Assembly (NCBI GenBank): GCA_030704615.1
Contig: CM060733.1
Location: 57,288,001 to 57,352,000 of the forward strand
Source of the DNA: Takakia lepidozioides
Lineage: Eukaryota; Plantae; Bryophyta
DNA: 64,000 bases
Direction: 5' to 3'
Shown here piece after piece: positions 14,461-25,861 of this stretch (its first letter is position 1; each line of letters starts with the position of its first letter). The notes below the pieces were generated by a model. That model was not told the DNA's origin and searched no databases. It saw nothing but the letters and a program-made list of their open reading frames with translations. The position numbers were made by a program, and so were the translations under genes.

Positions 14461-15800
14461 CGGCTCGATGCACCACCTGGAAGTCGTAATCTTGAAGCGT
14501 AAGTGCCCACTGTGCAAGTTTCCATATAAGCTTGTCTAACTCCATCAACCACTTCAATGGTTGGTGATCCGTGACAAGGGTGAAGAGATTGCCATAGAAG
14601 TAGTATCTAAAATGTGTCACTGCCCATATTGCAACTAGACACTCCCCTTCATAGGAACTATACTTCGCCTCGGCATCATTGTTCGAGCGGCTAGCATATG
14701 CCACTATGAACTCTCTTCCCTCATCATCCACTTGTGTGAGCACTGCCCCAATCCCCAACATACTCCAATCCGTATGTAGCTGGAAAGACCGCCCCCGAAT
14801 AGGCCGCCTTAGAATAGGTGCAAAAGTCAATCGAGCCTTGAATTCCTCAAATGCTTTCTCCTGCTTCTCCTCCCACTGCCACTCCTGACCCACCTTGGTC
14901 AACTTGGTAAGAGCCTTTGCAATGCTGCTAAATCCCTTGACAAACCGTCGATAGTAATTTGCCAACCCCATGAAAGCACGAACTTCTGGTAACATCGATG
15001 GGATGTGGAATGCGTGCAATGGCATCCACCTTCGTCTTTTGAACACCCAATCCTCCAGGGTATATCATGTGGCCCAGATACTCAATCTGGTTGTGGAAGA
15101 ACTTGCAATTCCCAAGGTGCAATTTCAACCCATGCGCTCTCAAGCACTCAAACATCATCTGAAGGTGTCTCTCGTGCTCCTCAATCGTAGCACTAAAAAT
15201 GATGATGTCATCAATGTAGCACTGGGCGAAGTCTAGCCCCGCAAGAATCCTATCCATGACCCTCTGAAACTCTGCAGGAGCATTCTTCAACAAACGGTAG
15301 GAACCGCCATTGGTACAAGCAATCCTTCCCATGTCGGTCAATCCCCCAGAATGTCGTCTTTTGCTTGTCAGCCTCTTTAATTGGCAACTGGTGGTAACCG
15401 GATCGCAAGTCCAATGTGCTAAACACCTTTGCATGTCCAATGGCATCAAATATCTCCTCTGGAGTTGGCATGGCATATCTATCGGACTTAGTCTGACGGT
15501 TCACAGAACGGTAGTCCCCACACATCCTTCTTTCTGTCCAATTGCCATAGATATCTTTCTTAGCTGGCATCACCGTTGCCGAGACATACTCCCCGCCTGA
15601 CAACTCCACCAATCCGGCTTCGAACAACTCCTTAGTCCGTGACTGGATCAAAGACCTCTCCATATCACTACACCTGTAGGGCCTTCGAAAAATTGGCGTG
15701 TCACTTGCCAAATCAATACGAAACTCCTGGCCCTTCAAACTCCCCAAATCCTTCAAACCGAAGGCAAAGCAATTTCTATAAGCCCTTAGAAATCACTGGA
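14414..15800 (-). pseudogene. Outer element reverse transcriptase and RNase H (frameshifted)
   Basis: RMCGDYR, LDLRSGYHQ, NAPAEFQR, YIDDIIIFS; RNase H LHTDWS, YEGECL, TDHQPL. Confidence 0.92.
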
Positions 15801-16173
15801 TCCTCTGCCTCTCTCCTCCGGTGACTGTAGGTCCAACATCTGGTTCCCAGTTGTCCTCAGTGACTACAACCTTAGGTACACCAGGCTTGGAGGTAGGAGA
15901 CGCATCCTTTGGTTGCTAGATAGCAACCTCTTGGGCCTTGTCCGCCCACCCTAAACTGTGGCGTAGCCTCCACTTGCTCCGTCATAGCCACCTTGAGAAC
16001 ATCCTCTGGGAAAGAAACATCGTCAACCTCTTCAAAAACCTTAGCCACCTTGGCCTCCAACTGATCCTCAGTGTATGGCTCTCCCCACTCCTCATACTAC
16101 TGCATGAGAGATCCAATAACTCTCTCTTTGCGCATCTCATCCCACATCTGCCATGGGTGTTTGCACCCCATGA

Positions 16174-17560
16174 TCATGTGCCCCCACATGCGGTTGGCAG
16201 AGAAGGTGCAATATCCAATGGGAGTGCGGAAGTAGCCACCAATGCTTGCAATCTCCGTTGCTCAGCCATACACAAGCCAATGACCCATGTCAAACAATTG
16301 AGATCCATTGCCTGGCGTCGTGATGCCTCTGACAGAGCTGGCACAGCTGTAGTGCCCATGACAAATCTCATTGCCCGCTCTCGCTCATCCGCATTGGGCT
16401 CGCACACTGTCCCAAATCAATCCAGGACCATTGTCTCGAAAAGCATGAGACGAGGGAAAGCTCATGAGCGTAGGCAAGGCTGCACGTGGCTGCCCCACTC
16501 GATTGACCACCACTAAAGGTGGACGATCATCATGTCGCACTATCTGTGGTTGCCTCCCTTGGTCCAAAATGCCCTCAACCGTGAGGTTGGGTGGCCGTTG
16601 AATGGAATCATAGGCTCTCTTGAGTAACTTTGGTGGTGCAAGATTGGTCCACCACAACCTAGGCCTTTGTGCCCGTGAACCCACTGCAGCTGCATCCAAC
16701 AATACAGCTGGTCCAATCCATGACCGGATCTGATGTACACTAACCATAAACCTGGTCCGAGAATCCCCCATGAGAGGAACATTCTCCAGGATGTAAGCTG
16801 GAGGTTGCACTTGTCTCACCTGCAAGTCACGCAACACTCGCAGCATCTCCCAAAACAGATGCGATCGTGCATCTTGCAAACCATTATCATGACCTGCGGG
16901 TGAATGTCCTTGACAAGGCCACCCTCCTATCACCAAGTCAATGGGATCATGCCGATCCAAATCCTCCGCCCCCAGCATGATAATGTCTGTTGGCAAGGTC
17001 TTTTGGTACCCTTGAATTGCTGAGAGAGGCAACAACTCAGGATACTGATGTGTGAGCAAGGCAACATGGCGCATGGAAACACGCCGAGCAATCTCATCCT
17101 TCTCCACATACAAGTACGTGCGTACTTTGATTCCTGCTTGCAACACTCCTACAAGCCCAGTGCTCATGCCTCCAAACAGGTCTAGCAAACAAATGCTTGA
17201 GTCAGGTTGTTGCCAGATAATAGGTACTGTGTCCAATGGAGCTAATTGAGGAGGTCCAGGTGATGTAACTGAACTCCCCTCGCCTACCGATGGAAAGGCC
17301 TCCTGCCATGCTTGCTGCACACACTGGCTTGCCACTCGCTGCAAATCCCCAATTGTATTCCACAATGAGCTATGCACAGGAAGATGAAGAAGCAACTCAG
17401 TCTTGTATGCCAATTGCTTGTCTTCATCAGGTGGTGGCATATTATCTGCATGGCTATTTCCCTCCAAAAGCTCACCACCCCAAGCCACCACCCTTGAGAA
17501 TGCAGCCAATGTGGGCATCATATTCCTATGATCCACCGCTACATTCCCAATAAACCGCAC
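16174..17560 (-). pseudogene. Outer element DNMT3-like C5 cytosine methyltransferase domain
   Basis: Motif I LDLFGGMSTG, II YVEKD, IV DLVIGGWPCQ, VI YILENV, VIII AQRPRLWWTN, IX ERERAMRF. Motif X is shortened (RRQAMD). Confidence 0.88.
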
Positions 17561-17603
17561 TGGGAGCAGTGCACGTCGACCATCCCCTGACTGCCATTCC
17601 GGC

Positions 17604-17781
17604 TGTCGTGCGCATACATATCGCTACACAACTACATTGCTGTCCAAAACCACACAACACATGTGCACACCACACACTAGTATACCACTAGTCTACCACT
17701 AGTCCAACCACTAGGCTACAACTAGTCAGTCACTAGGCTGCCACTACGCTGCCCACTATGGCAGTCACTAGTCCACACAAT
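17604..17781. repeat. Repeat A1 (178 bp) of the inner element
   Basis: Matches 18110-18287 with one mismatch (CATTGC vs CATCGC). Contains multiple (C)ACTAG microrepeats. Confidence 0.95.
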
Positions 17782-18107
17782 GATAAAGAAGAAGAATACA
17801 AGCACAAGCTCATACGAGCTCACAAAGCTGAAGCATAAACTCATGCATATATAACCTCATCACTCAAATACAAGTCAAGCCAAGTGCACCCCACGCCATG
17901 GGGAATCCACACTACGGCGCCATAGCTAGGCGCGGTGAGGCTCAACTCGAGAAAGATGAGCCTCCCGCGCTTGCCGTGAAGATAACCACTCCAGGGCCTA
18001 AATCTGCCTTGACCCCTGGATTGACACTTGGGCCAATCCCAAATGTCAATATGTAAAAGCTAGCTATTTCCTAGCTAGTTTCACACTAGTGGTAAAATAA
18101 CTTGACA
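17781..18107. repeat. Repeat B1 (327 bp) of the inner element
   Basis: Matches 28460-28786 with two mismatches. Confidence 0.95.
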
Positions 18108-18109
18108 GC

Positions 18110-18287
18110 TGTCGTGCGCATACATATCGCTACACAACTACATCGCTGTCCAAAACCACACAACACATGTGCACACCACACACTAGTATACCACTAGTCT
18201 ACCACTAGTCCAACCACTAGGCTACAACTAGTCAGTCACTAGGCTGCCACTACGCTGCCCACTATGGCAGTCACTAGTCCACACAAT
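18110..18287. repeat. Repeat A2 (178 bp), joined to B1 through GC
   Basis: Junction TTGACA-GC-TGTCGT at 18102-18115. Confidence 0.95.
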
Positions 18288-18296
18288 CGCCCCCCT
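18288..18296 (-). promoter_or_regulatory. Putative polypurine tract (AGGGGGGCG in element sense)
   Basis: G-run immediately upstream of A2 in element sense and downstream of the pol stop. Short, and not evident in the outer copy. Confidence 0.5.
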
Positions 18297-18545
18297 AGCT
18301 GGTGCTTAGGTCCCTCTAAGTCCAGGTAGCCACAAGATGTGATAGTGACCATAGCCTCACTAAGTCCTCCACCACTATCCCTACTACACTCAAACTCGAT
18401 AGATCAAGAGGCCGGGTGCAAGAGTTGCCCCATCGTTAGTCGCCGTCTTGCAACCTGTGAACTTGAGCTTGGGATCTCATGTATTGACTCCTATGAGCTT
18501 GGCCTCCCATGTCTTGTTAGCTGCCTCCAGTCATGTCCACTGCCA

Positions 18546-20223
18546 CTATCCCAAGCAGTGTGGACACAACCAATCTCCGTCAAGAACCTTCTGAAGGGGT
18601 GGTGTCAAGCATCCCATATGCCAACCCCTTGAGCACCGATCACACACCAGCATGGTGGCTGCCCCTTTGGCAGACCCACAGAGCATGCACCTCAAACCTG
18701 CAGGTACCACTGCCAAGTTTGGGTCAACTCTGCCATCGACATTGGGAAGGTGACATGGCGCACAATTACGCACATGGTCTTTCCAAGTCATGCCATCCCG
18801 ACCCTCTAAGATCAGGACCCCTGAGGGCAACACCTCTCGAACCCTCAGAATAACACGCCCTGCAGTAACATCCAGAGTCGTAGGAGCAGTCTGCTGCAAA
18901 TAAACATAGTCACCAGGGCTAAACCTCCGAACCCCAGGACGATATCCTCCACCACGTATAGTGGCATACCTCAACGTATCACGGTGTTGTGCAATGGCAA
19001 GGTTCTCAAAAGCCATGGGCATGACTTTCTTGAACAACTCTGCACGCTGATCACATGCACGTACCCACATGTCCGGATCGTCAAGGTTAAGGACTTGAAC
19101 AGTGTCCCTACGAATGGCTGCAGGCAAATCCGGCTCTCGGCCAAAGAGAAGGAAATATGGTGAGAAGGAGGCAAGTGATGCTTGTTTGCTGAACCTGTAG
19201 CCCATGGCTAACCAAGGAACCTGAAGATCCCAATCTCCTAGGTGTCCCTTCTGCAAGCCATACTTGCGCAAACCCCTCTTCACCGTCTGAACAACTCTCT
19301 CTGCTAAGCCATCGGCCTCAGGATGATCCCGAGAAGTGGTGCGGTGGTCTATCAAGGCTTTATCACACAAAGCCTGAAACTCCCCCCAAGAACTCTCTCC
19401 CTTGGTCCGTGAGTACCTCAGCTGGAGCACCAAATCGGCTAAGCACACGATCCAAGAATGCATACGCAGCCCCCTCACTAGCCTTGTCAGGCAATGGAAC
19501 CAACTCAATCCACTTGGAGAAGTGCTCCACCATCACCAACACATATCTGTGGTGGCGCATAGTCAGTGGCAACGGTCCTGCGAAGTCAAGACTCCACCTG
19601 TAGCCTAATCCCATGATTGGTAAAGGATGCAACTGTGGTGTAGGGGCGTTGAATGAAGCACGCACCCTGTCACACACCATGCACCTAGCCACAAACTGTT
19701 GCACCTCTGTATGCATACCACGCCACCAATACTGCCCCTGCAGTAAACTGTGAGTGCGTCGCACTCCAAAATGCCCCAACTCCTCATGGGCATGCCGCAC
19801 TAACCGTGCACGCTGTGTGGGGTGAGGCACAATCCTCACCCGACCATCCTCCCACACTCGAAGTAGGTGTATCCCCTCCCACTTGAACCTCTTGGCTCGT
19901 TGCAGGATCCGATCCCTCTCCCTGGCAGTCACAATGGCTGCCATGTCTCCCGTGCGGAGGTAGTCCAACACAGCCGAATCCTCATGTATATCTCTGGCAC
20001 CACCTAGCTCATCACTAGCCTCAGGGTCCTCAGACACTCCGTCTACAGTCATCCCTGTTGTAGGTCCAATCTGACCTCCCGATGCCAAGATACACAAAAA
20101 TGCAGATGCGTGCCATCCCGGCACCATCTCCTCGTCCGTCTCACCATGCCACCGAGCTCTAGTGTCATCCTGCTGGCTCATGCATGGATTGCGACTCAAT
20201 CCATCCGCATCCCGATTGACCAA
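18546..20223 (-). CDS. Inner element integrase plus PHD finger (one frameshift near 19385)
   Basis: HHCC, DFAGP/TDQG/ERVVQT catalytic triad, PGDYVYL (GPY/F-like), C4HC3 PHD: CMLC-CDRC-H-C-CPHC. Confidence 0.9.
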
Positions 20224-21560
20224 CCCGGTCGATGCACAACCTGAAAGTCATACTCCTGGAGTATAAGTGCCCACCGTGCAAGCTTCCCCGTAAGCTTGTC
20301 TGACTCCATCAACCACTTGAGTGGCTGGTGATCCGTGACAAGGGTGAAAAGATTGCCGTATAGATAGCACCTGAAGTGTGCCACGGCCCACACTGCAGCT
20401 AAGCACTCTCCCTCATATGAGCTGTACTTAGCCTCTGCAACGTTGTTTGAGCGGCTAGCGTAAGCCACTACCACTACGAACTCTCTTCCCTCATCATCCA
20501 CCTGTGTGAGCACCGCCCAGCCCCAGCATGCTCCAATCCGTATGCAGCTGAAAGGGACGCCCCTGATAGGTCGTCTCAAGATAGGCGCCGAGGTCAACCT
20601 CGCCTTGAGCTCTTGAAAGCTCGTTCCTGCTCATCTTCCCACTGCCACTCCTGGTCCACCTTGGTCAGCTTGGTTAGAGCCTTTGCAATGGTACTAAATC
20701 CCTTGACAAACCGTCTATAATAGTTTTGCCAACCCCATGAAAGCTCGAACTCGGCTCACATCCGTGGGGCGTGGAATTTGTGCAATGGCCTCTACCTTAG
20801 TCTGCTGTACCCCCCAATCCTCCAGGATATATCATGTGACCCAGATACTCAATCTGGTTGTGGAAAAACTTGCACTTCCCCGGATGCAACTTCAATCCGT
20901 GCGCTCTCAAGCGCTCCAATACCACCTGAAGGTGTCTCTCATGCTCCTCCATCGTAACACTAAGATGATGATGTCATCTATGTAGCACCGAGCAAAGTCC
21001 ACCCTTGCTAGAATCCTATCCATGACTCTCTGAAACTCTGCAGGAGCATTCTTAAGCCCAAATGGTAAGACCGCCACTGATATAGGCAATCCTTGCCGTG
21101 CTCATTGATCCCCCAGAATGCCGTCTTCTGCTTGTCCGCCTCCTTGATTGGCAACTGGTGATATCCGGATCGTAAATCCAAAGTGCTAAAGGCCTTAGCA
21201 TGCCCGATGGCATCAAAGATCTCCTCTGGTGTTGGCATGGCATACTTATCGGACTTGGTCTGACGATTTACAGGCCGGTAATCACCGCACATACGTCTCT
21301 CCGTCCAATTGCCATAGACATCCTTCTTGGCTGGCATCACTGTGGCTGAAGCATACTCTCTCCCACCAGAGCTCCACCAAACCTGCCTCCCAGAGATCTT
21401 GAGTCCTCATCTGAATCAAAGACCTCTCCATGTCACTGTATCTATAGGGTCTCCGAAAGATTGGCGTGTCAGTGGCCAACTCAATACGGATCTCTTGACC
21501 CTTCAGTGCTCCCAAGTCCTTCAAACTGAAGGCAAAGCAATTCCTGTAAGCCCTCAGGAA
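20196..21560 (-). CDS. Inner element reverse transcriptase and RNase H (several frameshifts)
   Basis: RMCGDYR, LDLRSGYHQ, PFGLKNAPAEFQR, YIDD; YEGECLA, TDHQPL, DADGLSR. Confidence 0.9.
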
Positions 21561-21793
21561 CCGCCGTATACGTCGTCTCTCTCTCCGGTGACAATGGGTC
21601 CAATGTCAGGCTCCCAATTGTCCTCCGTAACTACAACCTTAAGTCAGTGGGCTTAGAGGTAGAGGACGCGTCCCGTGGTTGCTATGCTGCAACTCTTGAG
21701 CAGTACTCCCTACCTGCTCAGTCATGACAAGGCATCATCCTGCCCCATCATCTCATCCTTGAGGACCTCCTCAACTCGAGAAGAATCCCAACC

Positions 21794-23150
21794 TCATCCA
21801 TCACAGCCGCCTTGGCTGCCAACTCCTCTGAACCTCGAGCACCCCCACGTGTGCCATGGATGCATGCACCCCGTGGTCCTCATATGCTCGCCCCCACTCA
21901 CTGCCTGTACCGTCTCGGTAGGCAGAGAGACCATTGAGGGAAGTGTATTCCGCACTCTGCGTTGCTCAGCTAGAGCCAAGCTGATAATCCAGGTCAAGCA
22001 ATTGAGATCCATTGCTTGCCCCAACACTTGACGACGTGATGCCTCAGAAAGAGACGACACCGCCGTGGTACCAGTGGTAAAACCCATTGCCGCCCGCTCA
22101 CGCTCGTCAGCATTAGGCTCCACTAACTGCTGCAACTACGAGCATCCCACAGGAGGCCAGGTCCACTATCCCGGAAAGCATGCGATCCTGGGAAGCTGAG
22201 CAGTGTAGGTAATGCTGCTCGTGGTTGACCCACCTTGTTGACCACTGCCAAAGGCGAACGGTCATCGTGTCTCACACGTTGAGACTGCCTCCCTGTGTCC
22301 AGAATGTTATCCACTGTGAGATGTGCTGGCCGCTGCACACCCATCAAATGCACGCTTGAGCAGTGCGGGTGGCATCATGTTAGTCCACCATAGCCGTGGA
22401 CGATGAGCCCGTGACCCCACTGTAGCTGCATCCAGCAACACTGCTGACCCAAGCCACGACCGGACTTGATGCACACTGGCCATCACCCTGGCCCGAGAAT
22501 TGCCCATCAGTGGCACATTCTCCAAGATGTATGCTGGAGATACAGCTTGATGAAGCTGCAAGTGGCGCAAAACCCGCACCATCTCCCAAAACAGACCCGA
22601 CCTCGAGTCTCGCAATCCATTGCCATGCCCGGCTGATGAATGCCCTTGGCAGGGCCAACCTGCCACTACCAGATCAATGGAGCCAACCCGCTCCAAATCC
22701 TGCGCCCCCCAGCAACGAAATGTCTGCTGGCAAGGCCTGCTGATATCCACGAATTGCAGACACCGACAACAACTCAGGGTACCGCTGCACCAACTGAGCA
22801 ACATGGCGAAGTGAAACGCGTCGTGCAGTCTCATCCCTCTCCACATACAGGTAACGCCGAACTCGTACACCTGCCTGTAACACAGCAGCCAATCCGGTGC
22901 TGATCCCGCCAAACAAGTCCAGAAGACAAATGCCTTCATCACGAGACTGCCACACAATAGGTGTGGTGTCCAATGGAGACAATTGAGGTGGTCCTGGTGC
23001 AATCCCCACACTCTCCTCCTCTCCTGACGGTACAAAAGCCTCCACCCAGGCTTGTTGCACCCGTCGATCAGCATCCCGCTGCAAATCCTTGCTCGTGCCC
23101 CACAATGGAGTCTGAGCAACCATGGTAGGCAACTCCGCCATACCATACAT
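21794..23150 (-). CDS. Inner element DNMT3-like C5 cytosine methyltransferase domain (frameshifted)
   Basis: LDLFGGISTG, YVERD, DLVVAGWPCQ, YILENV, AHRPRLWWTN, ERAAMGF, RRQVLGQAM. Confidence 0.9.
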
Positions 23151-23210
23151 GTCATCCTGCTCTCCGGAAGTGGTACATCCTCTGAATGAGCATTGCCCTC
23201 AAGCAACTCT

Positions 23211-24031
23211 CTAGGCCAACTCACTCACTGCCGCTGTGAATGCTGCTAGTGTCGGCATCTTGCCTCGCTGGGCAACCGCAACTCCTCCTATGAACGTCAC
23301 AGGGAGCTGCGCACGCCGGCCCTCCCCTGACTGCCATGCAGGCCTATAGGAAGCTGACTCCTCCCAAAAATCCAGGGTGAAGCCCATGGGGTACAACACT
23401 GCCCCACCAACCAGGACATCGTATGAGACTGCGTCTGTCACAATGGCCTTGGCTCGCATCACTGAGCCATCTGTAGGGTGATCCGGCCGTAGTCTGATAG
23501 CCAACTCATGCCGTGTCATGCCCCGAGCCTGCTCCGATCCTCCAAGAGACGTCTCTATCTGGAAAGACAAGGCTCCATATCCGCCTCCGTGAGGCCCAAG
23601 CCTGCAATAGCAGCTCTGCCCAGCATCAGTGGCTGAGCTCCCGAGTCCAACAAGACTCGCAGTGGCCGGTACCTCTTGCCTGCCGGTCCACTCAAACAGA
23701 AAATGCCATCCTGGTTGTCTAACATGACAACTCCAGGTGTCACCATGGCGCGCTCAATGGCTGGCCTAGCTGGCAGCTCCATCAACCTGGCAGCTGCAGC
23801 TTGCCATGGCGCCGCCGTGGCAGTCTTGACCCTCAAATCCGAGGATCCCTCCGGCACTACACCTCCCACTATCTCCGCAGAAGATGAAGTAACCTCCCCA
23901 CTCTCACAGAGTGTAGCTGCCAGCCTGAACACCTCAGCTGGTCTTACCCCCGGCGTCGCAATCATGGTAGCCGATAACAATGGAGCCTGGCACACAGATG
24001 TGGCCGCTCCTAGCAGCACACTAGCTGCCAT
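23211..24031 (-). CDS. Inner element retropepsin-type aspartic protease region
   Basis: LRVLLDSGAQP active site; YDVLVGG C-terminal motif. Confidence 0.85.
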
Positions 24032-24120
24032 AGCCTTGGCAACAACTAGGTAGTGGTGCTACCCGTGTAGCTCTCCCCAATGGCATAGTGACCTCCGCCT
24101 CGGTAACAGTCGGGCGAGAA

Positions 24121-25861
24121 CTAGGTGCCATGGATGGCGTCGACACTGTCTCTCGCCAATGTGAATGACTGAGGAAGCCTAGCCTGACGGCTTGCCTCCC
24201 CACGCTGTGGATCCAACTCCACCTCTGCACCTCGTGGCTCAGGAACTCGTGCTGCTCCTCGAGTCACGGCTGCAGCAGACTCCACCTGCACTAGTGGTAG
24301 TGCTGCTCCACACATGAATCCCATGCCTCCATATCTCTCCCTCCCTCAGGAACAGGAGGTGACCATCATCCGGCCTTAGAGCCGGTACCACCTGAGCTGT
24401 AGCCATGGCAGCGAGCCTCTGCTCTAGCTGCTGAAAGCCGGTTGGCCATGCCTTGGTCAACACCCTGACCTCCGCGTCCTTGGCCACGTTGAGCTTGCCC
24501 TTGGCCTGCACCTCGTGGCTGGCCACCTCGTCCTCTCTGGCTGCTCCACCTCGCCCCCGCCATCATTGTTCCCCTGGAACTGGCCTGGGCGCAACTCAGG
24601 ATGCAAACCATAACACTGAGGCCTCTCCATGCCCGTGTTTGCCACAATGCCCACACTGTAACTGTGCAGGCTGTGCATGTGCCGGCCCTTTGCCCCCTCT
24701 GACAATCCTTCTTGACATGGGGTCCTCCACATGTCCAGCACACCACATCCGCTCGTTGTTGGCCAGCAAATGAAGGGAGAGACCCCTGCATCTGAGGTCC
24801 TCTCTGCCCTTCCCTGAGCTTCACCTGAGCCCCCTTATTGCCTTGAGCACGTTGAGGTAGTGGTTGGCTAGGAGCACCACTACCCCGGGTGTCTCCTTAG
24901 CAAATCCCACCATGACCACTCGTTCCTCCACCATGTTGAGCTCTATCCGCTCTGCCAGCAAAACACATTTGCTAAGGTGGGTTGGGCCGCTTGTAGGAGA
25001 GTTGCATCCCGCACCCTTCTCCTCAGCTCCTTGTCCAATATCCCATACCAGAATTGGACTGCCTGAGCTTCCGTAACCCCTTGGGTTACATTTATCAAGC
25101 GCCTCATGCGAGTGAAAGCCTCCCTCAAGCTCTCGGTCGGCTTCCGTTGGAACTCTTGCAAGCTCCGCAACTTCTTCTGTCTCCTCCCCTTGGTAGTTCC
25201 CTCTCAACTCTTCTCGAAGAACTCCACAACAGGGTTGAAGGCAGGCACGGGTGCTAGTGCTGGTGCGGTAGTGGCTTGGGTGGACGTCGTAGCTACTGTA
25301 CCACCAGTCCCACTGCTGCTTCTGAAGCTGCTGGTGCAGCGGCAGGTGTAGCCACTCCTCGTGGCTCTAGTGCCCCTAGTGATGGAAGACAAGTCGGGTG
25401 ACCAGTACATCCCTCACTCCTCGCTCTCAACCACCTCATGCCCCCGCCTGCACGCATGGTAATCATCCATAGGCGGCCCCTCAAGGTGCTGAAACAGCCC
25501 CTTCCATGCCATGAAAGGCGTAAATAGTTGTGGATTGCGTGCATTTGCTGCAAATCACACCAACTATCAAACTCTTGGATAAAATCATCCAACTCGATGG
25601 TGCCCACCGCCCCAGAGTACCTTCGTGGCCCCTTGTAGCTCCCATACATCTCCTCCATTGTGTCCCACAACAATGGCAAAGAAACACTTGCAGCACCGCG
25701 GTATGAGCCCTCCTGATTCACAATCCGAATCAGAACCTTCCGTGGAAGACACATGAGGTGAAGGTGGCCTAAACCGCACACCTCGGTCTCGTGTACCCAC
25801 TAGTATCGCTAGTGCTCGAACCGGCACTGTCCCCAGCAACTAGTGGCACCTCGTGTGACAT
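24121..25861 (-). CDS. Inner element gag with zinc knuckles (frameshifted)
   Basis: FQRKPTESLREAFTR (retrotrans_gag-like), CWTCGGPHVKKDC and a second knuckle; homologous to 29382-31304. Confidence 0.8.

Noticed and set aside
17872-17970. Hammerhead, twister or HDV ribozyme call for the conserved B motif
   Set aside because: Catalytic core consensus (for example CUGANGA/GAAA) not found on either strand; kept only as an unassigned structured motif.
17604-18107. Reading A1+B1 (TG...CA, 504 bp) as an ordinary 3' LTR or solo LTR
   Set aside because: The other end carries only B, A is repeated internally next to the PPT, and the TSD pairs 17600-17603 with 28787-28790. The same layout occurs at the outer family's surviving end.
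16174-23150. Host DNMT3 gene or bacterial restriction-modification contamination
   Set aside because: Intronless, in frame with the retroelement protease, and at the same position in both elements.
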